A program made the position numbers and the translations under genes. 64,000 nucleotides of DNA, taken from Candidatus Hydrogenedentota bacterium (GTDB taxonomy: Bacteria; Hydrogenedentota; Hydrogenedentia; Hydrogenedentales; SLHB01). The first letter of the stretch is position 1. Every line of letters begins with the position of its first letter. The notes beneath the pieces were generated by a model. That model was not told the origin of the DNA. It searched no databases and worked only from the letters and a program-made list of their open reading frames with translations. Of this stretch, positions 40,161 through 50,479 are shown one piece after another. The stretch spans positions 168,154 to 232,153 of the forward strand of contig BTWA01000005.1 of NCBI GenBank assembly GCA_045863295.1, given 5' to 3'.

Positions 40161-40967
40161 ATGAGGCCCTGGATCTTTACGATTGGCGGTTACACGTTGC
40201 ACGCGTATCCGTTTTTTCTGGTCCTGGCGTTTGTTGGGGCCTCGCTACTGGGGTTGCATGGCGCCACGCGCCTGCGCAATCTGCGCGTCTCCCCTCTAAT
40301 CTGCGTTTGGATGCTCTTGGGAAGCCTATTGGGGGCCCGGCTGGCATCGCTTGTCTCGGAAGGACAGTATGCTGCCGTCTGGCGAGCTGTGCTCATTTGG
40401 GAACCCGGGATGATTTTCTACGGCGGAGTGGCGGGAGGCGCCGTCGCGGGTTGGGTTTATGCACGAGCCAATCGCCTGCCGCTAGTACCCTTGGCCGCTG
40501 CCGCGGCCCCGGCCGCAGCATTAGGCGAGGCGATTGGGCGTATTGGCTGCCTCTTCAATGGATGTTGCTACGGTTCCGTGTGCTCATGGGCTGTAGCCAT
40601 CGTATTTCCACGGTATAGCCCGGCATATTACCATCATGTCTCGCTCGGCCTCATTGATGCCACCGCCACGCAGTCCCTGCCGGTATATCCGTCCCAGATT
40701 TTCATGTCCATTGCTCTCTTCGCCGCCACGCCCTGGTTATACCGGCTGCTGAAACGCAGTACGAAAGACGGATTTGTATGCTGCGCCTATTTGATCGTGC
40801 AGGGAATGCTGCGGTTCGCGATGGAAACGATGAGGGACGATATGCCGCGAATTTTAGGTTCCATGACGGCTTCCCAAGCTGTGTCCGTGGGGTTTGTTCT
40901 GGTGGGCTGCGTGGTGGGAGGTGTACTGGTGTTGCGAATCAAGGTTGGTTTTGTCGAGAAGGCGTGA
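40161..40967 (+). CDS. lgt: Prolipoprotein diacylglyceryl transferase
   Basis: GARL, FYGG, GEAIGRIGCLFNGCCYG, PSQ, RFAMETMR. Confidence 0.82.
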   Translation: MRPWIFTIGGYTLHAYPFFLVLAFVGASLLGLHGATRLRNLRVSPLICVWMLLGSLLGARLASLVSEGQYAAVWRAVLIWEPGMIFYGGVAGGAVAGWVYARANRLPLVPLAAAAAPAAALGEAIGRIGCLFNGCCYGSVCSWAVAIVFPRYSPAYYHHVSLGLIDATATQSLPVYPSQIFMSIALFAATPWLYRLLKRSTKDGFVCCAYLIVQGMLRFAMETMRDDMPRILGSMTASQAVSVGFVLVGCVVGGVLVLRIKVGFVEKA

Positions 40968-41510
40968 ATTACTTGGAATCGGAAAAGGCTATCAGGATTG
41001 CATTCGTAGAATCGACAAGCTGTCCACCATCAGGCCTAGATCGAGTACTCGGTTGCGATGTGCCCGCGAATCTCTGTATCCAACCATTTTCGACACGTTG
41101 AGCGCTTGTGCTTGCGATGTGTGTCCCACTAGTAATACCCGGACGATGTTCTGATTTGCTGTCAATGGCAAAGCTCCCAACGCCGTGTATCGCCAAAGCT
41201 TAACTCAAAGGGAAAACGCTGGCATCTAAACACAAAGCCCGTGGGTCACTGGGTGAACGCCGTGAAAATGGCAAAGGATACTGGGTGCGAGAAGTTGATC
41301 GGGCGATACTTGGGATGGAACCAAATCCTTGCTACCGGATATTTTAAGTGGTGGCCGGGTTGCGCGCGATACAACAGTGATTTCTCGTGACATTGGGGTC
41401 ACAGCCGGGTACCATGGACGGGAGCGAAAGTAGCGATTTGCGCGCGGCCCGGCCGAATCGGGTCAAAGAGTGTTATGTCCATGCCGCGCAACGACATATG
41501 GGGTAGTACG

Positions 41511-43871
41511 ATGAAGCGACTCATTCTCACGCTTGGGGCGGTGGTGGCGTGGTCGGGAATTCCCGCCTGGGCTATTGGCGGAACGCCGCTACCAGGCTGT
41601 TTCCAGACGCTCTGGGTTGCACCGTATTGCCAAGAGACCGTCATTCACCCTGGCGATACTCAGGCAATTGACCTGCCCATTTCGCTGGTACTGTTCGCGG
41701 ATTGGGATTTGGCGGGCGGGTGCTCCCAGCCGACGGCGGCTTCTCTGGCCCTGTTCTTGAAAGCGACACCCGCGGCAGGTGGTTCGCCCATAACATTGGG
41801 ACCACTAAGTGTGCCTGTGGCGACGCCGACGATTCCGGGTGAACAACCGGCCCCGGGTGGTGGAGAAGTGACTTGGACATTGCCCGCCGGTTTCCTGCCG
41901 ATTGCGCAGGCTCCCTATACCTGCGAAATCTCGGTGACCTATTCAATTACCTTTGGCGCGGGTACCGGGGCAGGCGTGGCAACCGCCACAGGCAAGACAG
42001 ATTTGGGGATTGCCGCACAGCAGACCAACACGCCGCTGGTTGGCAAACTGGAAATGGAGCGTCTAGACCCCGGCGATGGCGGGAAGTTCACCGGCCGGCC
42101 GGGAGACCAATTTATCCAATATTACCGGGTCCGGAATAACGACCGGCAGAATGCGGCCAGTCTTACATTTCAATCAAGTACCGATCAGGTGGGCCGCCTC
42201 CCCAGCGGGGTAAACGTCGACCAAACGTATTACTCCATTGCGTCGCCGGTGCCCGGCCAGGAGAATTTTCCACAGGCGTTTGCCGATGCACTGCCGGAAG
42301 GCGGGTTTGTGCCTTTACCCAATCCGCTAGACGCGGTTGTAGACGGATCGATTTCTCGATCCCTGAACATCCCCGCGCATGGTGTGGCGATAGTTGCCGT
42401 GGCTGTGCGATCGTATGGTGCGTCTGACCCGGGATCGGCATGTATCGTGAGAGCCAAGGTGACCGGTACGTTTGCAGGTGGCGCCCAAGCACTGGGATCG
42501 GTGAGTTCCGTGTTTCTAGTGGGTACTGCAGCGGCAGTTTCTCCCACGTGTCTAATTACGGACACAGTCGCTTCAGAAACAACCGTTACCGCATTGTGGT
42601 CCGCAGCGACGATAAATGGAAATCAAGCCATTAAGATTCAGAACCGGGGCAATCTTTCGGAAGCAGACGGTGGACCGGGCACGTTGACGCAGGGTGCGAC
42701 AGTACCCGGCGCAACCGTTCCTCCGACAAGCACCGGCACGGCCCGAACGGAAGAGTTGCCCGACACGGCAACCTATGAAGCGCGTAAAGACCCGGGCCTG
42801 CCACTGGAACAAATCAACACGGTTACTATATTGGGGCTTTCCAATGTAGCCACCGTCTCGGTTCCCTTTATTTCCTATACACCGTATCCTGCTGATTTCG
42901 AGATTACCGTCGATTTGGATATCGATGAAATTGCCGTATTTGACCGGGAGCTCGGCGTTTTTCTGATTCGTATGCCGTTCAGCACGCTGCCGGCCAACCC
43001 GGTGGCAGGCATGACCGTGGACCCCGACACGGATCGCACGTTCATGATCGACTGCAGTCAGCAAGCCCTGCCCATGCTTGGGGCCTTGCCGCCGGCCTTT
43101 GGCGGAATCGTGGATGAGGCCATGCCAGACCCGGAATTGTTTGCGATCGTGAATCTGCGCACCGGTGACAAGGTGGCTTGGACGGCGGCGGGTGCGGTTC
43201 CGGGGATAGGCTTGGCGAGCGCGGCAGGCGCGGCGGGCGAAGATCTGGAAGTGGAGTTCACGACCGCTTTGCTGGATGTGGCCCCGGCGACCACCCAAGC
43301 CATTCTGATGGTCGATAGTCCAGGGTCAATCAACACGCCCATCCGGCTTCCTGTAGCGGCGCGGAGGCCTGATTTCGACGACGACGGAATTCCGGACGCA
43401 GACGACAATTGCCCCACAACCGCCAATGTAAGCCAGTTGGATACCGACGGCGATGGCGCGGGCGATGCGTGCGACAATTGCCTGTCTACAGCCAACCCCG
43501 ACCAGTTGGATACGGACGGTGATGGCTTGGGAGATTTGTGCGACAGTTGCACCGGCGACCCAAACCTCGATCAAGCGGATATGGACGGCGATGGCGTGGG
43601 TGACATCTGTGACAACTGCATTTCTACCTTTAACCCCGATCAGGCCGATACTGACGGCGGCGGCGTCGGAGATGCTTGCGATGCATTTCCACGATGTGAT
43701 CAGTTGGACAAGAAATCGGCGCATGCGGCAACGACCGGCGTCGGAGCGACAGGCACTTCAGCCATACCCGGACCTCGGTCGGTATTTTTTGATTTGCTGG
43801 CTATGGCCACAGGGGTGAGCCTTGTACTGACCATGGGCCGTCGAATTACGCGCACGCGCAAGTCGGTATAG
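41511..43871 (+). CDS. Secreted/surface protein with thrombospondin type 3 repeats and a C-terminal membrane anchor
   Basis: Signal peptide; five D.DGDG.GD.CD(NC) units; C-terminal hydrophobic helix + [10 protein letters not shown]. Confidence 0.82.
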   Translation: MKRLILTLGAVVAWSGIPAWAIGGTPLPGCFQTLWVAPYCQETVIHPGDTQAIDLPISLVLFADWDLAGGCSQPTAASLALFLKATPAAGGSPITLGPLSVPVATPTIPGEQPAPGGGEVTWTLPAGFLPIAQAPYTCEISVTYSITFGAGTGAGVATATGKTDLGIAAQQTNTPLVGKLEMERLDPGDGGKFTGRPGDQFIQYYRVRNNDRQNAASLTFQSSTDQVGRLPSGVNVDQTYYSIASPVPGQENFPQAFADALPEGGFVPLPNPLDAVVDGSISRSLNIPAHGVAIVAVAVRSYGASDPGSACIVRAKVTGTFAGGAQALGSVSSVFLVGTAAAVSPTCLITDTVASETTVTALWSAATINGNQAIKIQNRGNLSEADGGPGTLTQGATVPGATVPPTSTGTARTEELPDTATYEARKDPGLPLEQINTVTILGLSNVATVSVPFISYTPYPADFEITVDLDIDEIAVFDRELGVFLIRMPFSTLPANPVAGMTVDPDTDRTFMIDCSQQALPMLGALPPAFGGIVDEAMPDPELFAIVNLRTGDKVAWTAAGAVPGIGLASAAGAAGEDLEVEFTTALLDVAPATTQAILMVDSPGSINTPIRLPVAARRPDFDDDGIPDADDNCPTTANVSQLDTDGDGAGDACDNCLSTANPDQLDTDGDGLGDLCDSCTGDPNLDQADMDGDGVGDICDNCISTFNPDQADTDGGGVGDACDAFPRCDQLDKKSAHAATTGVGATGTSAIPGPRSVFFDLLAMATGVSLVLTMGRRITRTRKSV
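43371..43682 (+). repeat. Thrombospondin type 3 Ca-binding repeats (23-aa / 69-nt period, last copy partial)
   Basis: [14 protein letters not shown] / [14 protein letters not shown] / [14 protein letters not shown] / [14 protein letters not shown] / [12 protein letters not shown]. Confidence 0.9.
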
Positions 43872-43892
43872 ACGGGGTTCGGAAATTGGAGC

Positions 43893-43932
43893 AAACCCGA
43901 CGTTGGCCAAGCGGGGCCGGCGCCGGGTTTTT
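43893..43932 (+). terminator. Probable intrinsic terminator
   Basis: AAACCCGACGTTGGCC...GGCCGGCGCCGGGTTTTT imperfect stem + T tract. Confidence 0.55.
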
Positions 43933-44084
43933 CATTTCCCTCATTTTAAGTAGACACGCCTGTAGTCTGAAATGAGCGAAGTGACACCACGGTATGATTG
44001 TTGACGGAGTTTATATGTTTGCGCATTTCGGCGCTGCGCGTGTAAGTCGCTGAAAACAAAGTTTTTATCAATATAATTGGCACA

Positions 44085-44101
44085 TTGGCACTTCCCTTGC
44101 T
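44085..44101 (+). promoter_or_regulatory. Sigma-54 (-24/-12) promoter
   Basis: TTGGCACTTCCCTTGCT = TGGCAC-N5-TTGCW consensus; AT-rich IHF-like tract at 44041-44077. Confidence 0.75.
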
Positions 44102-44203
44102 CTCTCATTAGAGCAGAAAATTTCTACCTGCCTTCAATGCAGGCCCATTCCCTTGCCTAAAAACACAATCGCCGGAACTCTACCGGCAGGAGAAGTACTC
44201 GTC

Positions 44204-44989
44204 GTGAACAAAGGATTCTTAATAGACATGGACGGCGTCATTTATCGCGGGAATTCGCTTATACCCGGTGCGGATACATTTGTCCGGTATTTGTTGGACA
44301 AGAACATCCCATTTCTGTTTTTGACCAATAACAGCCAGCGAACCCGTCGGGACATAGCCATGAAGTTAGCGCGGATGGGTATGCCAGTCGAGGATCGTCA
44401 CATCTTCACTTGCGCCATGGCTACCGCACGGTATCTCGCATGGCAAAAGCCTCACGGAACCGCGTTTGTGATAGGCGAAGGTGGCCTGTTTCAAGCCATG
44501 CACAACAACGGTTATGCCATTGTGGACAGCGACCCCGACTACGTTGTTGTAGGCGAAGGGCGCACGCTGACGTTTGAAATGATAGAGAAGGCTGTCGGCA
44601 TGGTTCTAAAGGGAGCGAAGCTCGTGGCTACAAACCCCGATCCAAATTGTCCGACAGCAGAAGGCATGCGTCCGGGCTGCGGGGCAATTGTGGCCATGTT
44701 GGAGAAAGCAACCGGTATAGAAGCGTTCAGCGTGGGCAAGCCGAGTCCGGTGATGATGCGCGCGGCACGCAAGGAATTGGGTTTGACCGCGGAGGAGACC
44801 ACCATGATCGGCGATACCATGGAGACCGATATATTGGGTGGTGTGCAGATGGGGTACCACACGGTATTGGTATTGACGGGAGGAACCCGTCCCGAAGATT
44901 TAAAACGATACGCGTATCGGCCCGATCGAATAGTGGAATCGATAGCGGAATTGTGCCCTGCGGAGTACCGTGCGGGTCACGCGGCCTGA
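44204..44989 (+). CDS. HAD-IIA phosphatase (NagD-like)
   Basis: DMDGVIY, LTNNS, TNPD, VGKPS, MIGDTMETDILGG. Confidence 0.9.
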   Translation: MNKGFLIDMDGVIYRGNSLIPGADTFVRYLLDKNIPFLFLTNNSQRTRRDIAMKLARMGMPVEDRHIFTCAMATARYLAWQKPHGTAFVIGEGGLFQAMHNNGYAIVDSDPDYVVVGEGRTLTFEMIEKAVGMVLKGAKLVATNPDPNCPTAEGMRPGCGAIVAMLEKATGIEAFSVGKPSPVMMRAARKELGLTAEETTMIGDTMETDILGGVQMGYHTVLVLTGGTRPEDLKRYAYRPDRIVESIAELCPAEYRAGHAA

Positions 44990-45081
44990 CTGATCGCGAC
45001 CGCAGGATTCATAAGCCAGCCGTCTACCCATGCGAAACCCGGCAGGCATGTGTCCTGGTGGTCCAATACGGGGCGTTGTAC

Positions 45082-45113
45082 GGGCCTCCCTCGTCGGCGA
45101 GGGAGGCCCTTCT
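45082..45113 (+). terminator. Perfect 12-bp hairpin, possible terminator
   Basis: GGGCCTCCCTCG-tcgg-CGAGGGAGGCCC followed by TTCT. Confidence 0.55.
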
Positions 45114-45284
45114 GAATTTGACCGCGAGGCGCGCTTGAACTGCATTCGATTTCTCTTGCCAACGTCTGTGTGGGACTTCTTCGTTGGAAATGCAACTTAA
45201 ATGGGCGTATAACGGATACAATGTGAACCGGCTGGGTTGTTATTTGGGGCCGGTCGATTCCTACCTGTCCCGGAGGTGCCTGTT

Positions 45285-46313
45285 TTGAAAGCCACGTCAC
45301 GCCTGATCTTCATAATTGCCATGATGATATTTACCGTTGTGTCGATGTGCACAACGTATATTAGTCTAAGCGAATCCATGCTTCCCAAGCCTATTGTCAA
45401 TATCACGTTTGGTCCCGGTTCTGTATGGAGTTGTTCAGTGCTCGCGTTGGGCATGTCGGTGGCAATTGGGCTTATGCTCTTTGCGCTGAAGATTGCCATT
45501 ATTGACGAACATAAGCGGCTGAATTTGTTTGGCGTGGTTGGGTTGGTCTTCGTAGGCTTCATTTCGATTGCGTTTAATATAGACGTGTTCTACCGCGCGA
45601 TGGAGCAAGATTTTATGATAAGACACTCTACGGACACCATGCGCGGCGCGTACGAGGACTTCCTTGTCGAGGCCCAGGCCAAGCTGCAGATCAGGCGCGA
45701 GGAAGCGATGAAGATAGTCGCCAAGCAGGAAGGCGAACTGGAGGCGGAGATCAAGGGGTTGCGCGAGGCCCCGGCAGGCTATGGACCTCGGGCTCGTGAA
45801 GAGGACCATCAGTTAACGATTATGAGTAAGCAGGCGGAAGTCGACTTGGTAACCGTGAACGAAGCCATTGCGGTAAAACAGGAAGCCGATGCGCTCCTTG
45901 CCTCGGCGTTGCCCAAGACGGTAGACGATATTCAAACACTTCAGAATGAGCTTCGCGTGAAGTTGAAAGACGTGGCCGCAATTGCCGGCATTCCCCTGCC
46001 CGAGGCCGTTGCAACGGAGAATCCACTTTTCGCTGTATTCAATCGTGTCTTTGATTTTTCGCGCTTCGGCGCCAAGGAAGGTTGCGTTATTTTCATCGCA
46101 TTGCTGCTGGACCTAGGCGATATTATTGGATATACGATGGTGCCGGATCAGAAGAAGAAGAAAACGAAGGAACCGGTGGACAAGCCGGTGACTCCTCACG
46201 TCCATTACAAAGAGGACCCCATCGTGGCGTCGTTGCCAACGAGTCTTCCTACGATGAGCAGTTCAGAGATGCCATTTGAACTGGCTCCGCTGGATCATCG
46301 CGATCCCGATTAA
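45285..46313 (+). CDS. Membrane protein with a central coiled coil
   Basis: Three N-terminal TMs, helical EAEIKG...GYGPRA segment, one C-terminal TM; GGAGG RBS before TTG. Confidence 0.65.
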   Translation: MKATSRLIFIIAMMIFTVVSMCTTYISLSESMLPKPIVNITFGPGSVWSCSVLALGMSVAIGLMLFALKIAIIDEHKRLNLFGVVGLVFVGFISIAFNIDVFYRAMEQDFMIRHSTDTMRGAYEDFLVEAQAKLQIRREEAMKIVAKQEGELEAEIKGLREAPAGYGPRAREEDHQLTIMSKQAEVDLVTVNEAIAVKQEADALLASALPKTVDDIQTLQNELRVKLKDVAAIAGIPLPEAVATENPLFAVFNRVFDFSRFGAKEGCVIFIALLLDLGDIIGYTMVPDQKKKKTKEPVDKPVTPHVHYKEDPIVASLPTSLPTMSSSEMPFELAPLDHRDPD

Positions 46314-46414
46314 CGCTAGATCAGGTTTGCTCGGGTTGCGCCACGTGCGTACGCGTACGTGTTCGCAGGTCAAACATATTTTCGTTTTGTCTTGTGCTTT
46401 ATATTGGGACAACC

Positions 46415-47755
46415 ATGCGTAATCAGAGTTTCAAAGCGATCGCGTGCCTCCTGTTTTCCGGTGTAGCATTTGCGCAATCGAATGTTCCGGACGGTTGGAG
46501 GCCCGCAGCCGTGCGGGACGAGATCAAGCCGCGGTTTGAATATGTCGCCGAGGGCGGCATAGACGGCGGCGAATGCTTTGTAATCGCCAGCGATGGGCGT
46601 GCCCAATTGGAGGGCTGGTGGGAGCGTACACTCCCAGTGGAAGGCGGTACATGGTACCGGTTCAGCGCTTGGCGCAAGACATCCAACGTGGCCCATCCCC
46701 AACGATCCGTGCTGGCACGTGTGCAATGGCGCGATCCCAGCGGCGGGCAAGTGCGGCACGATTTCGAAGGGGCTCACACGTTCGATCCCGGTGCAAAGCC
46801 GGTTTCGGAACCTGAGTATCCGATGGATGGAGTAACCAATCCGGAAGGTTGGACGGAAGTCTCCGGAGTGTACCGAGCGCCGGCCGGAGCTTCACAGGCC
46901 ATTGTGGAATTGTATTTGCGGTGGGCGACTAATGCCGAGGTTCAATGGAGCGGTGTAGAGCTGGATGCCATTGAACCGCCAACGCCCCGCAAGGTACGGC
47001 TCGCTGCAATCCATTACACGCCTTCCGGCGGCGCGTCCGCGGATGATGTGCGGAAGCAGTTTTCGCCGCTGATTGCCGAGGCTGCGGCAAGGAAAGCGGA
47101 CCTTGTCGTTCTGCCGGAGACACTGACATGCACTGGCAATGGCCTGACGTATTTCGACGTAGCGGAACCGGTGCCGGGGCCATCGACCGAATATTTCGGG
47201 TCACTCGCGAGGCAGCATGGCCTTTATCTTGTGGCGGGCATTGTTGAGCGCGATGGTCACTTGATCTACAACACGGGTGTGCTGATTGATCCGGAAGGCA
47301 ATCTAGCGGGCAAGTACAGGAAGGTTGCGCTGCCGCGTACCGAAATTGTCATGGGCATAGCGCCCGGCGACGAGTATCCCGTGTTTGATACAAAGTTCGG
47401 CAAGCTGGGCATTATGATTTGTTACGATGGCTTTTTCCCCGAAGTGGCCCGCCAACTTCGCATGAACGGCGCGGAAGTGATCGCCTTTCCAGTGGCGGGA
47501 TGCAATCCAATGCTGGCTGCGGCAAGGGCGTGCGAGAATCATGTGTACATCGTGAGCAGCACGTACTGCGACGTGTCGCTCAATTGGATGGTATCGGGCA
47601 TCTTCGATCAGGAAGGACGCGTCATCGCACAGGCCAAGGAATGGGGCACGGTAGCCGTTGCGGAAGTCGATCTGAACGAGCGATTGTATTGGTCCAGTCT
47701 GGGCGATTTTAAGAATGAACTAGTGCGGCTGAGGCCGCTTTGGCCAGGGGAATAA
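46415..47755 (+). CDS. Exported carbon-nitrogen hydrolase with an N-terminal CBM-like domain
   Basis: Triad LPE / YRK / ICYD; signal peptide; Trp-rich N-domain ([21 protein letters not shown]). Confidence 0.85.
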   Translation: MRNQSFKAIACLLFSGVAFAQSNVPDGWRPAAVRDEIKPRFEYVAEGGIDGGECFVIASDGRAQLEGWWERTLPVEGGTWYRFSAWRKTSNVAHPQRSVLARVQWRDPSGGQVRHDFEGAHTFDPGAKPVSEPEYPMDGVTNPEGWTEVSGVYRAPAGASQAIVELYLRWATNAEVQWSGVELDAIEPPTPRKVRLAAIHYTPSGGASADDVRKQFSPLIAEAAARKADLVVLPETLTCTGNGLTYFDVAEPVPGPSTEYFGSLARQHGLYLVAGIVERDGHLIYNTGVLIDPEGNLAGKYRKVALPRTEIVMGIAPGDEYPVFDTKFGKLGIMICYDGFFPEVARQLRMNGAEVIAFPVAGCNPMLAAARACENHVYIVSSTYCDVSLNWMVSGIFDQEGRVIAQAKEWGTVAVAEVDLNERLYWSSLGDFKNELVRLRPLWPGE

Positions 47756-47807
47756 TCGTCCGAGCCAATCGCCGCACATTCAATAGTGAAGACGTTTTTC
47801 ATCGTAC

Positions 47808-48164
47808 TCAATTTCTCGTCATGACAGCAGAGGCAGTTCCCCGCTTTTCAAAGCGAAAGCGGATGATTACGGCAAGCACAGCCACAATAATGGCGATTCC
47901 ACTTGCGGCCATGATTAAGAACCGAACCTTCCAGTTAGATATATATTCGCCTTGGGTCGCCTCTAACAATCCTTCCAAATCGCTGACCCGTACACGAATT
48001 TCCTGCAAGTCAGAATCGTGGTCAACCAATACGTGTTCCAAATTGGCTTGTTCCACAAACCAGTATTCCGGTTCATAAAGAAAAACATAATGGAAATTGC
48101 CGACAATCAGGAGTGCGGCAATCGCCATGATCCACGCTTCCGGCCTGTTTAGAATCCGGCTCAA
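47808..48164 (-). CDS. Small two-TM hypothetical protein (start uncertain)
   Basis: Two hydrophobic segments flanking a short coiled coil; follows 48182..50431 on the same strand. Confidence 0.45.
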   Translation of the reverse strand: MSRILNRPEAWIMAIAALLIVGNFHYVFLYEPEYWFVEQANLEHVLVDHDSDLQEIRVRVSDLEGLLEATQGEYISNWKVRFLIMAASGIAIIVAVLAVIIRFRFEKRGTASAVMTRN

Positions 48165-48181
48165 GCGAGTGCCGTAAGAAC

Positions 48182-50431
48182 TCACTGAAGTTGTTCCAGT
48201 AGCGCCCTGCAATTGATTGTTTTTTCAACCAGATCGATGGGAACGAAGAAATAGTGGTTCGTGGCCTCATAACCGATACGGGAATCGCTGGTTTGCAGAG
48301 CGAATTCACTTCGGGCGAGCCGAATTTCGTCCTCCAGCAATTGAATCATCGACTGTCGCCGTGCGGACTTTTCCTCTTCTCGGGTGGCCGCGTTGAGCTC
48401 GTCGCGGGCGACTACGAATCGCACTTGATTTGCCACACTCTGGTAGTGGATGGCGACTGTTTCAGCGATATTTCGCTCCTTACGCAATGCCGCTTGATGC
48501 TCTGGCGCGATTTCCTTGGCGACTGTGGCCAAGGCGACGTCGAGTTCCTTCAAGGCTACCTCGAATCCGTCCGCGATCTTTTCGAATTGGTCAGCAAAGA
48601 CTTCGGGCGGAAACTGACCGCGCCAGCCGTTGAGGTCGTCATACGGTATGCCGACCATAGTGGCTTTGTAGTTTGTCGGTTCCAACCATAGGATGTTTGA
48701 CGGTCCGACGTGTTGAGGCGCGTTGTAGACCGTGGCGCCGTTGTACGGAAACTCGCTGAAGGCGCGGCTCATGGAACGCCACGCGCCGACCATCGCCGGA
48801 CCGGCCACTTCGCCAAACCGCCGTATGGCCACCTTACGCATTGCTTCGGTGGGGATAAGTGACTTGTTCCGCCCCATCTCGGCGACAACCTCCAAATTAG
48901 GCGAAGGATAGCCCCCCAAGGTCCAGCCCAGCATTAGTCCATCGACATTGGCGTCGCGGAGATTGGCCGCGTGCCGTGCGACATTTTCGAGTGCGGGTAC
49001 ATACGGAACCGATCCGATTTCCCACGTGGTGCCCGCTTGGATTTTCGCAAGAGTCTTCATTCCACGTTCGCGCGCGGCGGCCCAGTGTCGAGTTGCACGC
49101 GGCCCCGGGCCGATGGTGGATATCGAGTATTCACCCACAACACTTTCAATACCGCCGCGCGTGATTGGAATGCTCCACTCACTGACGCTCATGAGCTTTG
49201 CTTCTTGCGGCAAAGAATGGATTGCATCTACGGCCCATTCATCTTGCCAGCCCCAGTCCCATGCAATGAGTCGCGTGGCGGCACCGGCTTGCACAATGCC
49301 TTGCTGAATCGTGGTGTGCAATTCACTTATCACGTCGGAGGCCGGCCTGAGACTACATCTCGGACACCCTTCGCCAGTGTGGTGTGACCAGCAGTTTGTC
49401 AAGTTCTCTGAAGCGCTGATGGTGAAATAACCGGCAAGATCGGGCACGGATTTGGAAATGAGCGCAATGGATTCCCTGATGTAGTCTCGCACCTCCGGCG
49501 CACTGGTGCACAGCGCGGCGTAATCGCCTTCCACAACGCCTCTAAAGTCGGGGTGGGCCTCGTAGAAAGGAAGCGGCATCGCGCGTGGCTCATTGAGATA
49601 TAGATACACGCCGATCCCGTATTTTCTGCACTTCTCCACGAGGCTTTTCAGTGCGCGAAGACGTTCTTCATAGCGGTCGCTCAACGATGGGTTCCATGGA
49701 AACGGCGCGAGTTTGTACAGCACGGCCTGAAGCCATACCCCGTCCACGCCCGACGCCGCGAGACGCGCCAAGTATCCATCGGGATAGGGGTCAAGTTCGT
49801 GATCAAGCAATGGATCACCGTAGAGGGCAAAGTAGGAATAGCAGTACCTGGGAGAAAACTGGCTTTCCCCAACCGGGGATTCCGATGCTGCCGGAGGTTG
49901 CGACAGATCTTTAATAAATGCGAGTAACGGCTCCCCGTCAGGCGCGAGGCCGTCAGGGAACACCTCGGAAACGGTCTTCGCAATAGTGGCCTGACGTTCG
50001 CGGGTTGCGCTGTCGGGCTCAGTGTATTTCAATGGTTCGCACTTCGGCTTCATCAATCCGAGTTTGACATACAGGAAATCGTCCTCGCGCAACGTGAAAG
50101 CGAGTTCTTCCGGTGTCCAGCCCAGCAATATTTCCATCTGATCAAATGGCAGAAGATGCCAGTTTCGCCGGATCACCGTAATGTAAGTGCGGCGCTGCAA
50201 ATCTTCGGAGATCGCCTGTTGATTGGGCAACCCCATGGCTTTGCCCAGTGCCACAACGTTGGCCGGCGACGTTTGCAGCACCTCCGCCATGCGGTCCACG
50301 GGTACAAGCGTCCAATTGCGCCACACAAATGCATGCACCCGGTCGGGAAAATGCGATAGGGCAACGGGAGGAGTTTCCGACACTGTTGGCAGCGCGGCAG
50401 ACAACGCAATGAACAATACCGCTAGAGTCAT
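48182..50431 (-). CDS. Large exported hypothetical protein, possibly a glycoside-hydrolase-like TIM barrel
   Basis: Signal peptide; LAASGVDGVWLQ, GIGVYLYLNEP, SASENLTNC, WDWGW. Confidence 0.6.
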   Translation of the reverse strand: MTLAVLFIALSAALPTVSETPPVALSHFPDRVHAFVWRNWTLVPVDRMAEVLQTSPANVVALGKAMGLPNQQAISEDLQRRTYITVIRRNWHLLPFDQMEILLGWTPEELAFTLREDDFLYVKLGLMKPKCEPLKYTEPDSATRERQATIAKTVSEVFPDGLAPDGEPLLAFIKDLSQPPAASESPVGESQFSPRYCYSYFALYGDPLLDHELDPYPDGYLARLAASGVDGVWLQAVLYKLAPFPWNPSLSDRYEERLRALKSLVEKCRKYGIGVYLYLNEPRAMPLPFYEAHPDFRGVVEGDYAALCTSAPEVRDYIRESIALISKSVPDLAGYFTISASENLTNCWSHHTGEGCPRCSLRPASDVISELHTTIQQGIVQAGAATRLIAWDWGWQDEWAVDAIHSLPQEAKLMSVSEWSIPITRGGIESVVGEYSISTIGPGPRATRHWAAARERGMKTLAKIQAGTTWEIGSVPYVPALENVARHAANLRDANVDGLMLGWTLGGYPSPNLEVVAEMGRNKSLIPTEAMRKVAIRRFGEVAGPAMVGAWRSMSRAFSEFPYNGATVYNAPQHVGPSNILWLEPTNYKATMVGIPYDDLNGWRGQFPPEVFADQFEKIADGFEVALKELDVALATVAKEIAPEHQAALRKERNIAETVAIHYQSVANQVRFVVARDELNAATREEEKSARRQSMIQLLEDEIRLARSEFALQTSDSRIGYEATNHYFFVPIDLVEKTINCRALLEQLQ

Positions 50432-50479
50432 CGAATCTTTCTCCCCGAGTGCAGGATATCTGCGTTTCGACTTGTGTTG

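Noticed and set aside
40969..41196. Short minus-strand ORFs in the lgt downstream gap
   Set aside because: No RBS, motif or compositional support.
41325..41335. Possible sigma-54 site near TGGAAC...TTGCT
   Set aside because: GG-to-GC spacing is 12 nt rather than the required 10.
41165..41365. Possible c-di-GMP-I riboswitch (GGCAAA, CACAAAGCC..GGGTC and GCCGGGTTGC words)
   Set aside because: No GNRA-capped P2 stem and the spacing between elements is far too long; word matches only.
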